IMG/VR virus record: IMGVR_UViG_3300021594_000960
Coordinates: 9,156-73,155 of that record
Source: a virus
DNA length: 64,000 nt
Strand: one strand, 5' to 3'
The position numbers were made by a program, and so were the translations under genes. Below are positions 29,392-37,450 of this stretch, in pieces; the first letter of the stretch is position 1, and every line of letters starts with the position of its first letter. The notes below the pieces were generated by a model. The model had not been told where the DNA came from. It made no database searches and saw only the letters and a program-made list of their open reading frames with translations.

Positions 29392-29993
29392 TGACGTACT
29401 CGGACGAATTGAAAGTTTGTTGGTATACACCACAAAGAACCGCCACAAGGACAACACATGTTCTACTCAATGCCATGGGTTTTGTGGGTTTAGGAGCGCA
29501 CTTTTTTAATTTTCCAGAATCAAAAAAAGATTATTTTTTAATTTCTAATATTAGAAATCCGTACACGAGAGTTGTTTCTTTGTTTTCTTTGTATTCGATT
29601 CATAAAAATGATTTCAATTTGAATTTTGAAAAATGGTGTGAATATGCCCTAACAGATAAAAAGTTTGACGGTGATTATCAACTTAGGTATGAGAAAAAAA
29701 TATTAAGTTTGAATAAAAAATTCGATAAGTTTATAAGAGTAGAAAAATTGGACGAAGATTTAAAATCTTTAGGTTTTATCAATTTTGAGGAACCAAAAAT
29801 TCAAGATATTTGGAAAAATAACATCATGAATAATAGGTACACATATGAATTCAAAAATATTGAAAATACCACAAGGACACATTGGTCTGATTTCTACACA
29901 GAAAAACTAGCTGACTTCGTTTACGAAAACTTAAAGGAACAATTTGATTTATTTGGTTACGAAAGAAACTCTTGGAAAAATGGCACATCCTAA
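29391..29993 (+). CDS. Sulfotransferase family 2-like protein
   Basis: PQRTATRT, IRNPYTRVVS, IRVEKLDED, FDLFGY. Confidence 0.8.
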   Translation: MTYSDELKVCWYTPQRTATRTTHVLLNAMGFVGLGAHFFNFPESKKDYFLISNIRNPYTRVVSLFSLYSIHKNDFNLNFEKWCEYALTDKKFDGDYQLRYEKKILSLNKKFDKFIRVEKLDEDLKSLGFINFEEPKIQDIWKNNIMNNRYTYEFKNIENTTRTHWSDFYTEKLADFVYENLKEQFDLFGYERNSWKNGTS

Positions 29994-30333
29994 TTTACAT
30001 GCAAAAAGTTCGGCAAAGAAGTTTGGAGGTAAACCCGAAGATTATATTCATCTACATGAATGGTTAGATGAAACCAAAGGTTGGTTTGGTGATTCTTTAC
30101 ATCGTATGTTTAGACACCATTCAGAAGGTATTTTCGAAATGGAAAAAAGGTTTGGAAAAGAGTTCAAAAACAGCGATGGTAAAACGGTTTATACTAGGTA
30201 TGTTGGAGAACAACATGTGAAGGAGGATTGTAATAATTATATCCCATCAGCCAAAGAATGGGTAAATAATATAACAAGTAACACACGACCAAGTTGGATG
30301 ATTAAAACAATAAAATTAGAGTTTGAAGACTGA
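29980..30333 (+). CDS. DUF6915-like protein
   Basis: MAHPNLHAKSSAKKFGGKPEDY..HRMFRHH..GEQHVKED. Confidence 0.8.
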   Translation: MAHPNLHAKSSAKKFGGKPEDYIHLHEWLDETKGWFGDSLHRMFRHHSEGIFEMEKRFGKEFKNSDGKTVYTRYVGEQHVKEDCNNYIPSAKEWVNNITSNTRPSWMIKTIKLEFED

Positions 30334-30346
30334 TATTTATAACATT

Positions 30347-31057
30347 ATGAGCAAAATACTAACATCAGAAGAAAAAAAATACTTACAGAGAATTTGTAGA
30401 TACTTGGGTTCATTAGGAATGAACCATGGTAGTATTGATTTCGAAATGGAATATGGTGAATTTGATACTAATGACTATAATTGGAACCGTATTACTCATT
30501 TCTCTAACAATTATACTGCGGAAATTCCTGACGGATTAAAAGAAATCTGTAAAAAACTGCTCAAGTATGTTGAAGAAAACGATTTAATTAATAATCCAGA
30601 TGTCGAAAATTTAAACTGGGAACGAATTGAAATCGATGTTGATTGTGACGAGTCAACAATCTCTGTTGTTCATGATTATAATTACTTCGAAGCTAGTGAT
30701 ACTGAGTCAGTCACAAGAAGTTTGGAAGAAGATGGTGACGATGAAAGCTTAATGGAAGTGTTTGATGTTTTGGAAAATGATGATGAAATTGATGAAAGAG
30801 TTCTAAGAATTGATTATAACGGTAGTGGTGATAGCGGATACTTAGAAGACGCCTTTGATAATATAGGGGTCGATGTGCCAGCACAAGTTCAAGATTACTG
30901 TTATGGTATTTTAGAAAGTAATTTTGGTGGTTGGGAAATTAACGAAGGCTCACAAGGATATTTTGAAATTGATTTAGATAGAAAAGAAATTACTCTCTAT
31001 CACACATCCAATCTTGATGAAACAGGAAGAGATACTGTTTTTGAAGAAGACTTCTAA
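30347..31057 (+). CDS. DUF6878-like protein
   Basis: YNGSGDSG...GWEINEGSQG. Confidence 0.75.
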   Translation: MSKILTSEEKKYLQRICRYLGSLGMNHGSIDFEMEYGEFDTNDYNWNRITHFSNNYTAEIPDGLKEICKKLLKYVEENDLINNPDVENLNWERIEIDVDCDESTISVVHDYNYFEASDTESVTRSLEEDGDDESLMEVFDVLENDDEIDERVLRIDYNGSGDSGYLEDAFDNIGVDVPAQVQDYCYGILESNFGGWEINEGSQGYFEIDLDRKEITLYHTSNLDETGRDTVFEEDF

Positions 31058-31099
31058 ATTATTTGTTTTTTTAATCCAAATCCCTTATTTTTGTATTAT

Positions 31100-31186
31100 A
31101 CCTTGGTGGCGAAATCGGTATACGCGCAAGACTTAAAATCTTGTGGACAGAAAATGTCCGTGTGGGTTCAAGTCCCACCTGAGGTA
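31100..31186 (+). tRNA. tRNA-Leu(TAA)
   Basis: caaga-CTTAAAA-tcttg; variable arm; TATTTTTG promoter at 31086-31093. Confidence 0.9.
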
Positions 31187-31262
31187 GGCGTAACGGTAGC
31201 CGCGTTGGTCTTAGGAACCAATGACTTCGGTCGTGAGAGTTCGAGTCTCTCTTGGGGTACCA
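31187..31262 (+). tRNA. tRNA-Leu(TAG), 5' acceptor strand missing
   Basis: ttggt-CTTAGGA-accaa; ends in ACCA; D-arm begins right after the previous tRNA. Confidence 0.8.
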
Positions 31263-31271
31263 ATAGAACAT

Positions 31272-31985
31272 ATGTATATTCAAAGTCCATTAGTCCCAAC
31301 GGGTGTTAATAACATTTATCATTTAGCACCAATCCCTGTATTCATGAAAGTCTTTAATGACCATGAATTACATGATGAAGTTTTTCAATTAGGTTTAGAT
31401 GTCCTGAGTCCCGCTCAGAAAAAAATGGGTCAAGAACTACCTGAGGTCTATGATGCTCAGAGACAAGAAAAATATGAAGTAAATTATAACCGTCAGGATA
31501 TGTGGGTTGAACCAACTGAGTACAACCCCATCGGTAGTCGATTTTGGACCCCGCCAAACGATTTTCTCGATAGACCTGATACTTGTGTACAAATTATAAA
31601 AGACAGGTGTAAAAACGGTTATATGGAGTTATTAGACTCCTTAAATTTTGTACACAAAAGAAACCCAAAAATAACTGAGTCTTGGATTCAATATTACAAC
31701 CCCACAGAAGGTAGAGGTCATAACCAACATAATCATTGTCGTTGGTCTCCTGATGAAGAAACTGTATTGAATTTTGTGGGTGGTTATTATCTTTCAGACG
31801 GTAACCCAATAAAAGACCATCCTTACAGTGGTGTTTTTACGTTTCACATCAGAGGTATGTCTTATTTCATTCGACCGAAAAAAGGTATGCTCATGATTTG
31901 GCCTTACGATATTGTACATTCTGTGAAACCATTTTATGGTGAAACACAGAGATGTGTTATCAATTTCAATATTCAGGACATATAA
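31272..31985 (+). CDS. Putative 2OG-Fe(II) oxygenase (TIGR02466-like)
   Basis: ESWIQYY..HNQHNH..GGYYL..PKKGMLMIWPYDIVHSV..RCVINFN. Confidence 0.85.
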   Translation: MYIQSPLVPTGVNNIYHLAPIPVFMKVFNDHELHDEVFQLGLDVLSPAQKKMGQELPEVYDAQRQEKYEVNYNRQDMWVEPTEYNPIGSRFWTPPNDFLDRPDTCVQIIKDRCKNGYMELLDSLNFVHKRNPKITESWIQYYNPTEGRGHNQHNHCRWSPDEETVLNFVGGYYLSDGNPIKDHPYSGVFTFHIRGMSYFIRPKKGMLMIWPYDIVHSVKPFYGETQRCVINFNIQDI

Positions 31986-32036
31986 ATTATTTGTTTTTAA
32001 AAAACTTTTACTATATTTGTAGTAATTATAATAACA

Positions 32037-32117
32037 ATGAGAACACAGGTGCAACATATTGTCTACAGTCATCAACAAGAGATTTGTTGGATTAAGACAC
32101 GCCCTGTAGTCTCGTGA
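32037..32117 (+). CDS. Leader peptide 2 (26 aa) of tRNA cluster
   Basis: MRTQVQHIVYSHQQEICWIKTRPVVS*; TATATTTG promoter at 32012-32019; attenuator hairpins. Confidence 0.7.
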   Translation: MRTQVQHIVYSHQQEICWIKTRPVVS

Positions 32118-32150
32118 GAAGCCTATAATTCCTGAAGAGTTATATATAAG

Positions 32151-32191
32151 ACCTCGAACTACAGAAATGAAGTTCGGGGTTTTTTCTTTTT
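32151..32191 (+). terminator. Attenuator terminator
   Basis: ACCTCGAACT-acagaaatga-AGTTCGGGGT followed by T-tract. Confidence 0.85.
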
Positions 32192-32201
32192 GGGACTTTT
32201 G

Positions 32202-32217
32202 GTTCTTTGAAGTATTG
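32202..32217 (+). promoter_or_regulatory. boxA-like antitermination element
   Basis: GTTCTTTGAAGTATTG resembles rrn boxA (TGYTCTTTRA). Confidence 0.55.
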
Positions 32218-32321
32218 CTGAACATGTTTTGAGTCAATATGGTTTATTGATTTCTAAGGGAGGGTATGAAAGAGAAGTGAATTGGGATAGGTTAGAAGAA
32301 TTAAAAAAAGAAATTAAATAA
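32214..32321 (+). pseudogene. C-terminal gene fragment without a start
   Basis: IAEHVLSQYGLLISKGGYEREVNWDRLEELKKEIK* fused directly to the boxA-like element. Confidence 0.5.
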
Positions 32322-32335
32322 AGTAAGATTATTAG

Positions 32336-32410
32336 GGTCAGTTGGTCGAGTGGTTTAGGCGGTAGTCTGCAAAACTATTTACACAGGTTCGATTCCTGTA
32401 CTGACCTCCA
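32336..32410 (+). tRNA. tRNA-Cys(GCA)
   Basis: gtagt-CTGCAAA-actat; U73 then CCA. Confidence 0.93.
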
Positions 32411-32413
32411 CAA

Positions 32414-32486
32414 TGGAATGTAGCTCAGCTGGTAGAGCACTATTCTGATACGATAGTTGTCGGCGGTTCGAGCCCGCCCATTCCAA
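32414..32486 (+). tRNA. tRNA-Ile(GAT)
   Basis: TGGAATG/CATTCCA; ctatt-CTGATAC-gatag. Confidence 0.9.
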
Positions 32487-32500
32487 CAAAATAAAATGTT

Positions 32501-33025
32501 ATGAGACGTAAAATCATTTTTATCGATGTAGATGGACCACTGGCATGGGGAACATGGGGTGACGGTAGAGTTACGCTCAACGAAGCTTCTAAGACCTTCA
32601 CAATCCCTTATCCATGGGTTCAGGAGGACTGCCAAGCATTACAAAAAATTTGTAACGAAACAAATGCGTCTTTGGTTGTAAGTTCAGATTGGAGAAAACA
32701 CTTTAGTATAATTCAACTCAAAAGAATTTTTCAATACTATGGTGTAACCGCACCGATTGTAGACATTACAACTCATCAGTACCTTTGGAACAAAATGAGT
32801 AGACCATCTATAGAATGGGAGAGAGCCGCAGAAATCACAAAGTGGGTTAAGGACAACAAAATCACCAATTGGATTTCAATTGATGATATGAAACTTGATG
32901 AACAATACAAGTGGTTGAAACCAAGAATTCCAATGTGGAGACACGTACAGGTAGATGGTGATTGGGGTCACGGCGGAAGACTAAGAGACAAAATTGATGA
33001 ATGTATAAAAAAATTAGAACGATGA
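32501..33025 (+). CDS. HAD domain protein (Swiss Army Knife RNA repair type)
   Basis: IFIDVDG, VVSSDWR, ERAAEI, ISIDD. Confidence 0.85.
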   Translation: MRRKIIFIDVDGPLAWGTWGDGRVTLNEASKTFTIPYPWVQEDCQALQKICNETNASLVVSSDWRKHFSIIQLKRIFQYYGVTAPIVDITTHQYLWNKMSRPSIEWERAAEITKWVKDNKITNWISIDDMKLDEQYKWLKPRIPMWRHVQVDGDWGHGGRLRDKIDECIKKLER

Positions 33026-33309
33026 AAAAAAGATTATCATTAGAACAGAAGAGAGAAAAAATGGTCGTTGATATGATTAATAAAATGTTCGAAATCGCAG
33101 GACATTCAGTAACATACGATGATGTTAAAGACCGTAAAGATGATTGGTATACTCAATGGACTATGACTGTCGAACAAAACGATGAGTGGAAAGATTGGGG
33201 TCAGAAATACCTCATCAAAGAACTCAAAATGAATAAGAAGTATGCTGAAACTCAAATGGGGATGATTTCCTTAATGTGGGGATTAAAGTTTAGTAATTTC
33301 AATTTATAA
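33022..33309 (+). CDS. Hypothetical protein
   Basis: ATGA overlap. Confidence 0.7.
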   Translation: MKKRLSLEQKREKMVVDMINKMFEIAGHSVTYDDVKDRKDDWYTQWTMTVEQNDEWKDWGQKYLIKELKMNKKYAETQMGMISLMWGLKFSNFNL

Positions 33310-33325
33310 AGCGTAAATTTGTGAT

Positions 33326-33880
33326 ATGAAAATCAATAGAGCGGATTTGTTATGGTTCCTGAGTAACATCCGAAGAAAACAAGAAGGAAAAGAACTTACT
33401 GACGAAATGCTAGTTGACCATATGGCACATTATATGGAGGCAAATCCGAGATGTGTTGATATGCAAGGTGTTAGTACACCAGGTAGGTTCAGTTATTCTA
33501 CTGTTGGATATGGTGTATTCAGTTTGATGGGTGAGAAGTATAGAATGGGTAGGATTGAAATATTCGACAGAGAAAGTGATAGCGGATATCAAGTGTCTGA
33601 GGGAATCTATACAATGCCTTATGAAGCGGCAAGTCAATTTGAAGATTTTATCGAATCTTTGGAAACTGACCTACCAATAAACATCGAAATAGGTTCTCAT
33701 GGATGGTGTGAAGAGGAATGCGCAAAATCTTTGGGTTTTGAAAACACTGAAGCTATGAGAGACCCTGAAAACGTAAAAAAGTATCAAAGAATGAAAAACG
33801 ATGAATATGCACGTGAACAAGGGTATGAAGATTGGGACGACCTATTAGCTAAAAGTAAGTGGACAAAAAAACAAGGATAA
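33326..33880 (+). CDS. Hypothetical protein
   Basis: ORF track; TAAATTTG at 33314-33321. Confidence 0.7.
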   Translation: MKINRADLLWFLSNIRRKQEGKELTDEMLVDHMAHYMEANPRCVDMQGVSTPGRFSYSTVGYGVFSLMGEKYRMGRIEIFDRESDSGYQVSEGIYTMPYEAASQFEDFIESLETDLPINIEIGSHGWCEEECAKSLGFENTEAMRDPENVKKYQRMKNDEYAREQGYEDWDDLLAKSKWTKKQG

Positions 33881-34293
33881 TGAAAGTTGTAATCGTAAGT
33901 GGATATTTCAATCCTGTCCATAAAGGACATATTGAATACTTTATCAAATCAAAAGAACATGGAGACAAACTCTATGTGATTGTGAATAACGATTTTCAAC
34001 GTGAGTTGAAAGGAAGTAAAAAGTTCCAAGATGAGGACGAGAGATTGGTAATTATCGATAGTTTAAAGATGGTAGATAAAACTATACTATCTATCGATAA
34101 AGACAGAACGGTTCGTGAGACGTTAAGAATGATTGCCTCTGAGGTTGAAGAAAACGTAGAGTTGTTTTTTGCAAACGGAGGAGACCAAAATAACGACACA
34201 ATACCTGAAAAACCAATCTGTGATGAATTGGGTATCAAACTGGTTGACGGTTTGGGAGACAAGATTCAGTCCTCATCTTGGTTATTAAAATAA
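33880..34293 (+). CDS. Cytidylyltransferase-like (HIGH family)
   Basis: SGYFNPVHKGH, FANGGD, KIQSSS. Confidence 0.9.
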   Translation: MKVVIVSGYFNPVHKGHIEYFIKSKEHGDKLYVIVNNDFQRELKGSKKFQDEDERLVIIDSLKMVDKTILSIDKDRTVRETLRMIASEVEENVELFFANGGDQNNDTIPEKPICDELGIKLVDGLGDKIQSSSWLLK

Positions 34294-34299
34294 TAAAAA

Positions 34300-34372
34300 G
34301 CGTGCGTAGCTCAATTGGTAGAGTACTAGTCTCCAAAACTAGGAGTTTCAGGTTCGAGTCCTGACGTGCGTG
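34300..34372 (+). tRNA. tRNA-Trp(CCA)
   Basis: ctagt-CTCCAAA-actag. Confidence 0.92.
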
Positions 34373-34374
34373 CA

Positions 34375-34464
34375 AAATGTAAACTTCAGTACCCACACAG
34401 TGGTGAGACGGGCTAAGTTAGATACGATTCCTCGGAGCTGGGAGTAGAATGCTGAAGAACATTT
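34375..34464 (+). ncRNA. Unknown structured RNA A
   Basis: AAATGT..CTTCAGTA / TGCTGAAG..ACATTT closing stem; GC-rich interior. Confidence 0.5.
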
Positions 34465-34465
34465 A

Positions 34466-34601
34466 TAGGTTGATTGGGGAATGGTGAAACTAATGACTCG
34501 AGAGTGTATTTCGGTCAGTTTCATCGGAGTTGGGAGAAATACACCTGAGTAATGCCAATCGTAAAAGGAGTTGTCCACGCAACCATCTTCTCCTTTCCTT
34601 A
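34466..34601 (+). ncRNA. Unknown structured RNA B with possible pseudoknot
   Basis: GATTGG/CCAATC, GTGTATTTC/GAAATACAC, GGTGAAACT/AGTTTCATC, AAGGAG/CTCCTT. Confidence 0.6.
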
Positions 34602-34605
34602 ATTT

Positions 34606-34687
34606 GGGAGTATCGCCTAGTGGCAATGGCAGAAGACTGTAAATCTTCCCTCTTTCGAGTTCGTTGGTTCGAGTCCAGCTACTCCCA
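34606..34687 (+). tRNA. tRNA-Tyr(GTA)
   Basis: gaaga-CTGTAAA-tcttc; variable arm. Confidence 0.93.
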
Positions 34688-34690
34688 CAA

Positions 34691-34750
34691 AATGATTGAA
34701 GTCCTGAGTGGTATCGGGAGGAAGTAACACAACCAAGTGTAACAATCATT
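34691..34750 (+). ncRNA. Unknown structured RNA C (three-way junction)
   Basis: AATGATTG/CAATCATT enclosing TCCTGA/TCGGGA and ACAC/GTGT hairpins. Confidence 0.5.
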
Positions 34751-34753
34751 TAT

Positions 34754-34827
34754 GGACCCCTAGCTCAGTAGGTTAGAGCAAATGACTCATAATCATTAGG
34801 TCCACGGTTCGAGCCCGTGGGGGTCCA
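34754..34827 (+). tRNA. tRNA-CAT (probably Ile2, or elongator Met)
   Basis: aatga-CTCATAA-tcatt; paired 1:72; no initiator GGG/CCC. Confidence 0.9.
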
Positions 34828-34829
34828 CA

Positions 34830-34904
34830 AGACAGACACACGCTTCCCATGGTGTTAAAGTACAAGGATAATGAAGAGAATAATACGTCTCCTTAGGTCT
34901 GTCT
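34830..34904 (+). ncRNA. Unknown tRNA-sized RNA D
   Basis: AGACAGAC/GTCTGTCT 8-bp terminal stem, 75 nt, no T-loop. Confidence 0.45.
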
Positions 34905-34909
34905 GAAAT

Positions 34910-34980
34910 TGTCGTATGGTGTAACGGTAACACAACAGATTTTGGTTCTGTTTTTCAAGGTTCGAATCCTTGTGCGACAA
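34910..34980 (+). tRNA. tRNA-Gln(TTG)
   Basis: acaga-TTTTGGT-tctgt. Confidence 0.92.
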
Positions 34981-34985
34981 CATAT

Positions 34986-35059
34986 GGTGGACGTAGCTTA
35001 GTTGGTAGAGCACTAGCTTGTGGCGCTAGTTGTCGTGGGTTCGAATCCCACCGTTCACA
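34986..35059 (+). tRNA. tRNA-His(GTG)
   Basis: ctagc-TTGTGGC-gctag; encoded G-1, A73. Confidence 0.92.
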
Positions 35060-35064
35060 CACGA

Positions 35065-35149
35065 GGAGAGTTGCCTGAGTGGTTAAAGGAGCGGTTTACT
35101 AAACCGTGGTCGGGTAACTGACCCGCTGGTTCGAATCCAGCACTCTCCG
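35065..35149 (+). tRNA. tRNA-Ser with ACT anticodon
   Basis: GGAGAGT/ACTCTCC-G; gcggt-TTACTAA-accgt; long variable arm. Confidence 0.9.
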
Positions 35150-35189
35150 CACTTTTTTTAACCTACTAGTTGACGATTTAGAAAACTTG

Positions 35190-35240
35190 GCGGCTGTTGT
35201 TGTAGACACTACTGCTGTTAAGGTAGAAGAAGTTAAATAA
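35190..35240 (+). pseudogene. C-terminal gene fragment
   Basis: AAVVVDTTAVKVEEVK* with high-expression codons, no ATG, followed by a terminator. Confidence 0.45.
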
Positions 35241-35262
35241 TATTACTTTTTCTTACAAAACT

Positions 35263-35290
35263 AAAAACCCATCTTTCGATGGGTTTTTTT
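35263..35290. terminator. Bidirectional terminator closing the tRNA cluster
   Basis: AAAAACCCATC-tttc-GATGGGTTTTT. Confidence 0.85.
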
Positions 35291-36608
35291 ATTTTAATAA
35301 TCTTTTAATTTTCTCGATATTCTCATTAAGTTTTTCATCTTCTTCATTTCTTTCTTTTTTGAAAAACTTTGCAACTTTTTTAAAAGGAGCTTTAATTGCG
35401 TCTATAACGAATGGGTCGGTTTGTTTTTTCTCACCTGTTTCTGCCCATCTTTTTTGAGTCATTTCCCCTGTTTTTTTATCGTATCTATTTTTGAATATTT
35501 CAAAAGGTGCTAAAATTAATGATGCCATAGCAGGGTCAGTATAAGACCTTGTGTTAGTTTGGGTTACATTTTCTACTTCATCATCTCCTCTGTATGTTGG
35601 TTTTTTTCTTTTTGTTTTTTTCTCAGAATAACTTCTCTCAAATTCTTTAGTATTCAAATTTTCTCTATGATATGAGCGATTCAACAACAAAACTTCAGCA
35701 ATATCATTTTTATCCATAGAACCTATCACTTGTCCTTCAGACACCGATTCACCGTCTCTAACTCTTGGCTTTGTAACTCCACAATATTGTAAAAAATACC
35801 CCATCTCAACAGATTCGATTGTAATTTGATTTTTACAACCTGATATTTTTTTCATGTTATTAATCACCCCATCAACAGGACTTTTTATTACTGAATTTGA
35901 TGAACCAGGTATTGATATTGTTCCATATCTTCCTGATACATTACTTCCGAAAGATTCATTCAATCCGATTAATTTACCAAGACCCAAAGCAGCTTTGAAC
36001 AATTCAGGGTCCGAGTTATAACTACTACTACCCCCACCGTAAGGCTTAGAACCTTTTTTTTCTTTATCAGAAGTATTTGTCTCGGTTGAAGAATCAGTTT
36101 GTGTTGTAGAATCTGAACTTGAGTTCTGAATAGGGTCTACACTATAGTTTCCACCTGAGTATTTTTCTACAGTCCATTTTATCAATTCCGTGATAGTGTT
36201 TTTGTCTCCACTTATATCTACACCAGCACCTACAGGAGGCTCTCCTTCAAAGGTTTTGTAGTGAAAACTGTGTTTTGTGTGAACATCATCAACTTTACCA
36301 TTTGGGTCTCTTTTAGCATAAGGGTTTTCTGTTGTTCTCAAACCCATTTCGTGGGCTTTATCAATAACGTCCATAGCAACATCTCGATTTGTGAAACCGA
36401 TGTGTAAGTGGTTATCATGGTTATTCCAAGTTATACCATCTACTTTTCTACCACCATCAAAACCAAAACCTACGGTTCCGCCTTTTTTTGTTGCGGGGTT
36501 ATAAACTAATTCGTCGATACCTGAGATGTCGGCTTCAGAAAATACCATTTTCTTATTCTCAAGAATGATATCGTAAATTCTGTTTATGTTTTTTAGTTCT
36601 CTACTCAT
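35289..36608 (-). CDS. Protein with degenerate M23 peptidase-like domain (probably virion-associated)
   Basis: IKSPVDGVI, VRDGESVSEGQVIG; N-terminal HDNHLHIGF and HTKHSFH..GVDI. Confidence 0.65.
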   Translation of the reverse strand: MSRELKNINRIYDIILENKKMVFSEADISGIDELVYNPATKKGGTVGFGFDGGRKVDGITWNNHDNHLHIGFTNRDVAMDVIDKAHEMGLRTTENPYAKRDPNGKVDDVHTKHSFHYKTFEGEPPVGAGVDISGDKNTITELIKWTVEKYSGGNYSVDPIQNSSSDSTTQTDSSTETNTSDKEKKGSKPYGGGSSSYNSDPELFKAALGLGKLIGLNESFGSNVSGRYGTISIPGSSNSVIKSPVDGVINNMKKISGCKNQITIESVEMGYFLQYCGVTKPRVRDGESVSEGQVIGSMDKNDIAEVLLLNRSYHRENLNTKEFERSYSEKKTKRKKPTYRGDDEVENVTQTNTRSYTDPAMASLILAPFEIFKNRYDKKTGEMTQKRWAETGEKKQTDPFVIDAIKAPFKKVAKFFKKERNEEDEKLNENIEKIKRLLK

Positions 36609-36656
36609 TAGTTATAAATATTGATGGTGGAATAAAAAAAACCGAGAATATCTCGG

Positions 36657-36986
36657 TTATCTGTTTGAACTATAATTCAATACTTTTTTACCCGTAGTTT
36701 CAACTTCTTTTTTTTCAACTATAGGTTTTGGTTCGATAGGAAGTACTACTTTTTTCTTTTTTTCAACTTCTTTTACTAATCCGAATTTAACCCATTTATA
36801 CCAAACTCTTTCATGAATATAATATTGAATTGGTTTATACAACAATTCAACTACACCAAATGCTGCACCAACTTTCACACTTCCTGATGCCCACCACATA
36901 GCGAGAAAACCTATACCTGTACTTACTACTCTGTAACTTATTGTTTTTGCTAAGTGTCTTTTGTACGAAACTTTAATTTGACTCAT
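36657..36986 (-). CDS. DUF2061 membrane protein
   Basis: RHLAKTISYR...YYIHERVW. Confidence 0.85.
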   Translation of the reverse strand: MSQIKVSYKRHLAKTISYRVVSTGIGFLAMWWASGSVKVGAAFGVVELLYKPIQYYIHERVWYKWVKFGLVKEVEKKKKVVLPIEPKPIVEKKEVETTGKKVLNYSSNR

Positions 36987-37368
36987 ATTTGTCTATCTTA
37001 GGAGGACCATCGAGGGTTTTAAATCCCATGTTCCTTTCTAAATTTATTCCAACAGCCCTATCAAGTTCAGGTTGCTCGGGGTCTTTATCATTAAGAATAA
37101 CTCTCGTTCCCCTACCACAATCCATAACAAGTTGATGATATTGGACTCCAATTTTTTTCAACTCATCAATGGTGTAGTCTCTGTAAGATTCTGGACGTGC
37201 TGTAGTTATAATTATCACAGCACCAGATTTGTGCTGTTCGTTGATGTAATCAACAACTTCTTTGATTGGAGTCAGAATTGCTGTTGCCAACTCATTAAAT
37301 TTCCTGTATACAACCAATGTTCCATCAATATCGACGAAAAAGGTAGGGTTTTTTGTTACTTTGCTCAT
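36973..37368 (-). CDS. HAD-superfamily phosphatase-like protein
   Basis: FVDIDGTL, ITTARP, LND. Confidence 0.85.
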   Translation of the reverse strand: MSKVTKNPTFFVDIDGTLVVYRKFNELATAILTPIKEVVDYINEQHKSGAVIIITTARPESYRDYTIDELKKIGVQYHQLVMDCGRGTRVILNDKDPEQPELDRAVGINLERNMGFKTLDGPPKIDKYESN

Positions 37369-37372
37369 ATTG

Positions 37373-37445
37373 AGCGGAAGACCAGGTTCGAACTGGCTAC
37401 CCCCGACTTGGAAGGACGGTGCTCTACCAAATGAGCTACTTCCGC
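37373..37445 (-). tRNA. tRNA-Gly(TCC)
   Basis: GCGGAAG/CTTCCGC; CTTCCAA loop. Confidence 0.92.
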
Positions 37446-37450
37446 TTAGG

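Noticed and set aside
31100-31262. Nested or permuted double tRNA-Leu sharing an acceptor strand
   Set aside because: The alternative acceptor pairing needs four G-U pairs; a deletion like the other junctions is simpler.
32115-32135. Selenocysteine read-through of the leader 2 TGA
   Set aside because: No SECIS-like hairpin recognised, and a second TGA follows five codons later.
34483-34500. Hammerhead core (GAAAC...CTAATGA)
   Set aside because: CTGANGA is not matched and the stems do not fit hammerhead topology.
34348-34749. ORFs overlapping tRNAs (also 28020-, 28861-, 31071-, 31091+, 32375-, 34530+)
   Set aside because: Shadow frames over GC-rich RNA genes.
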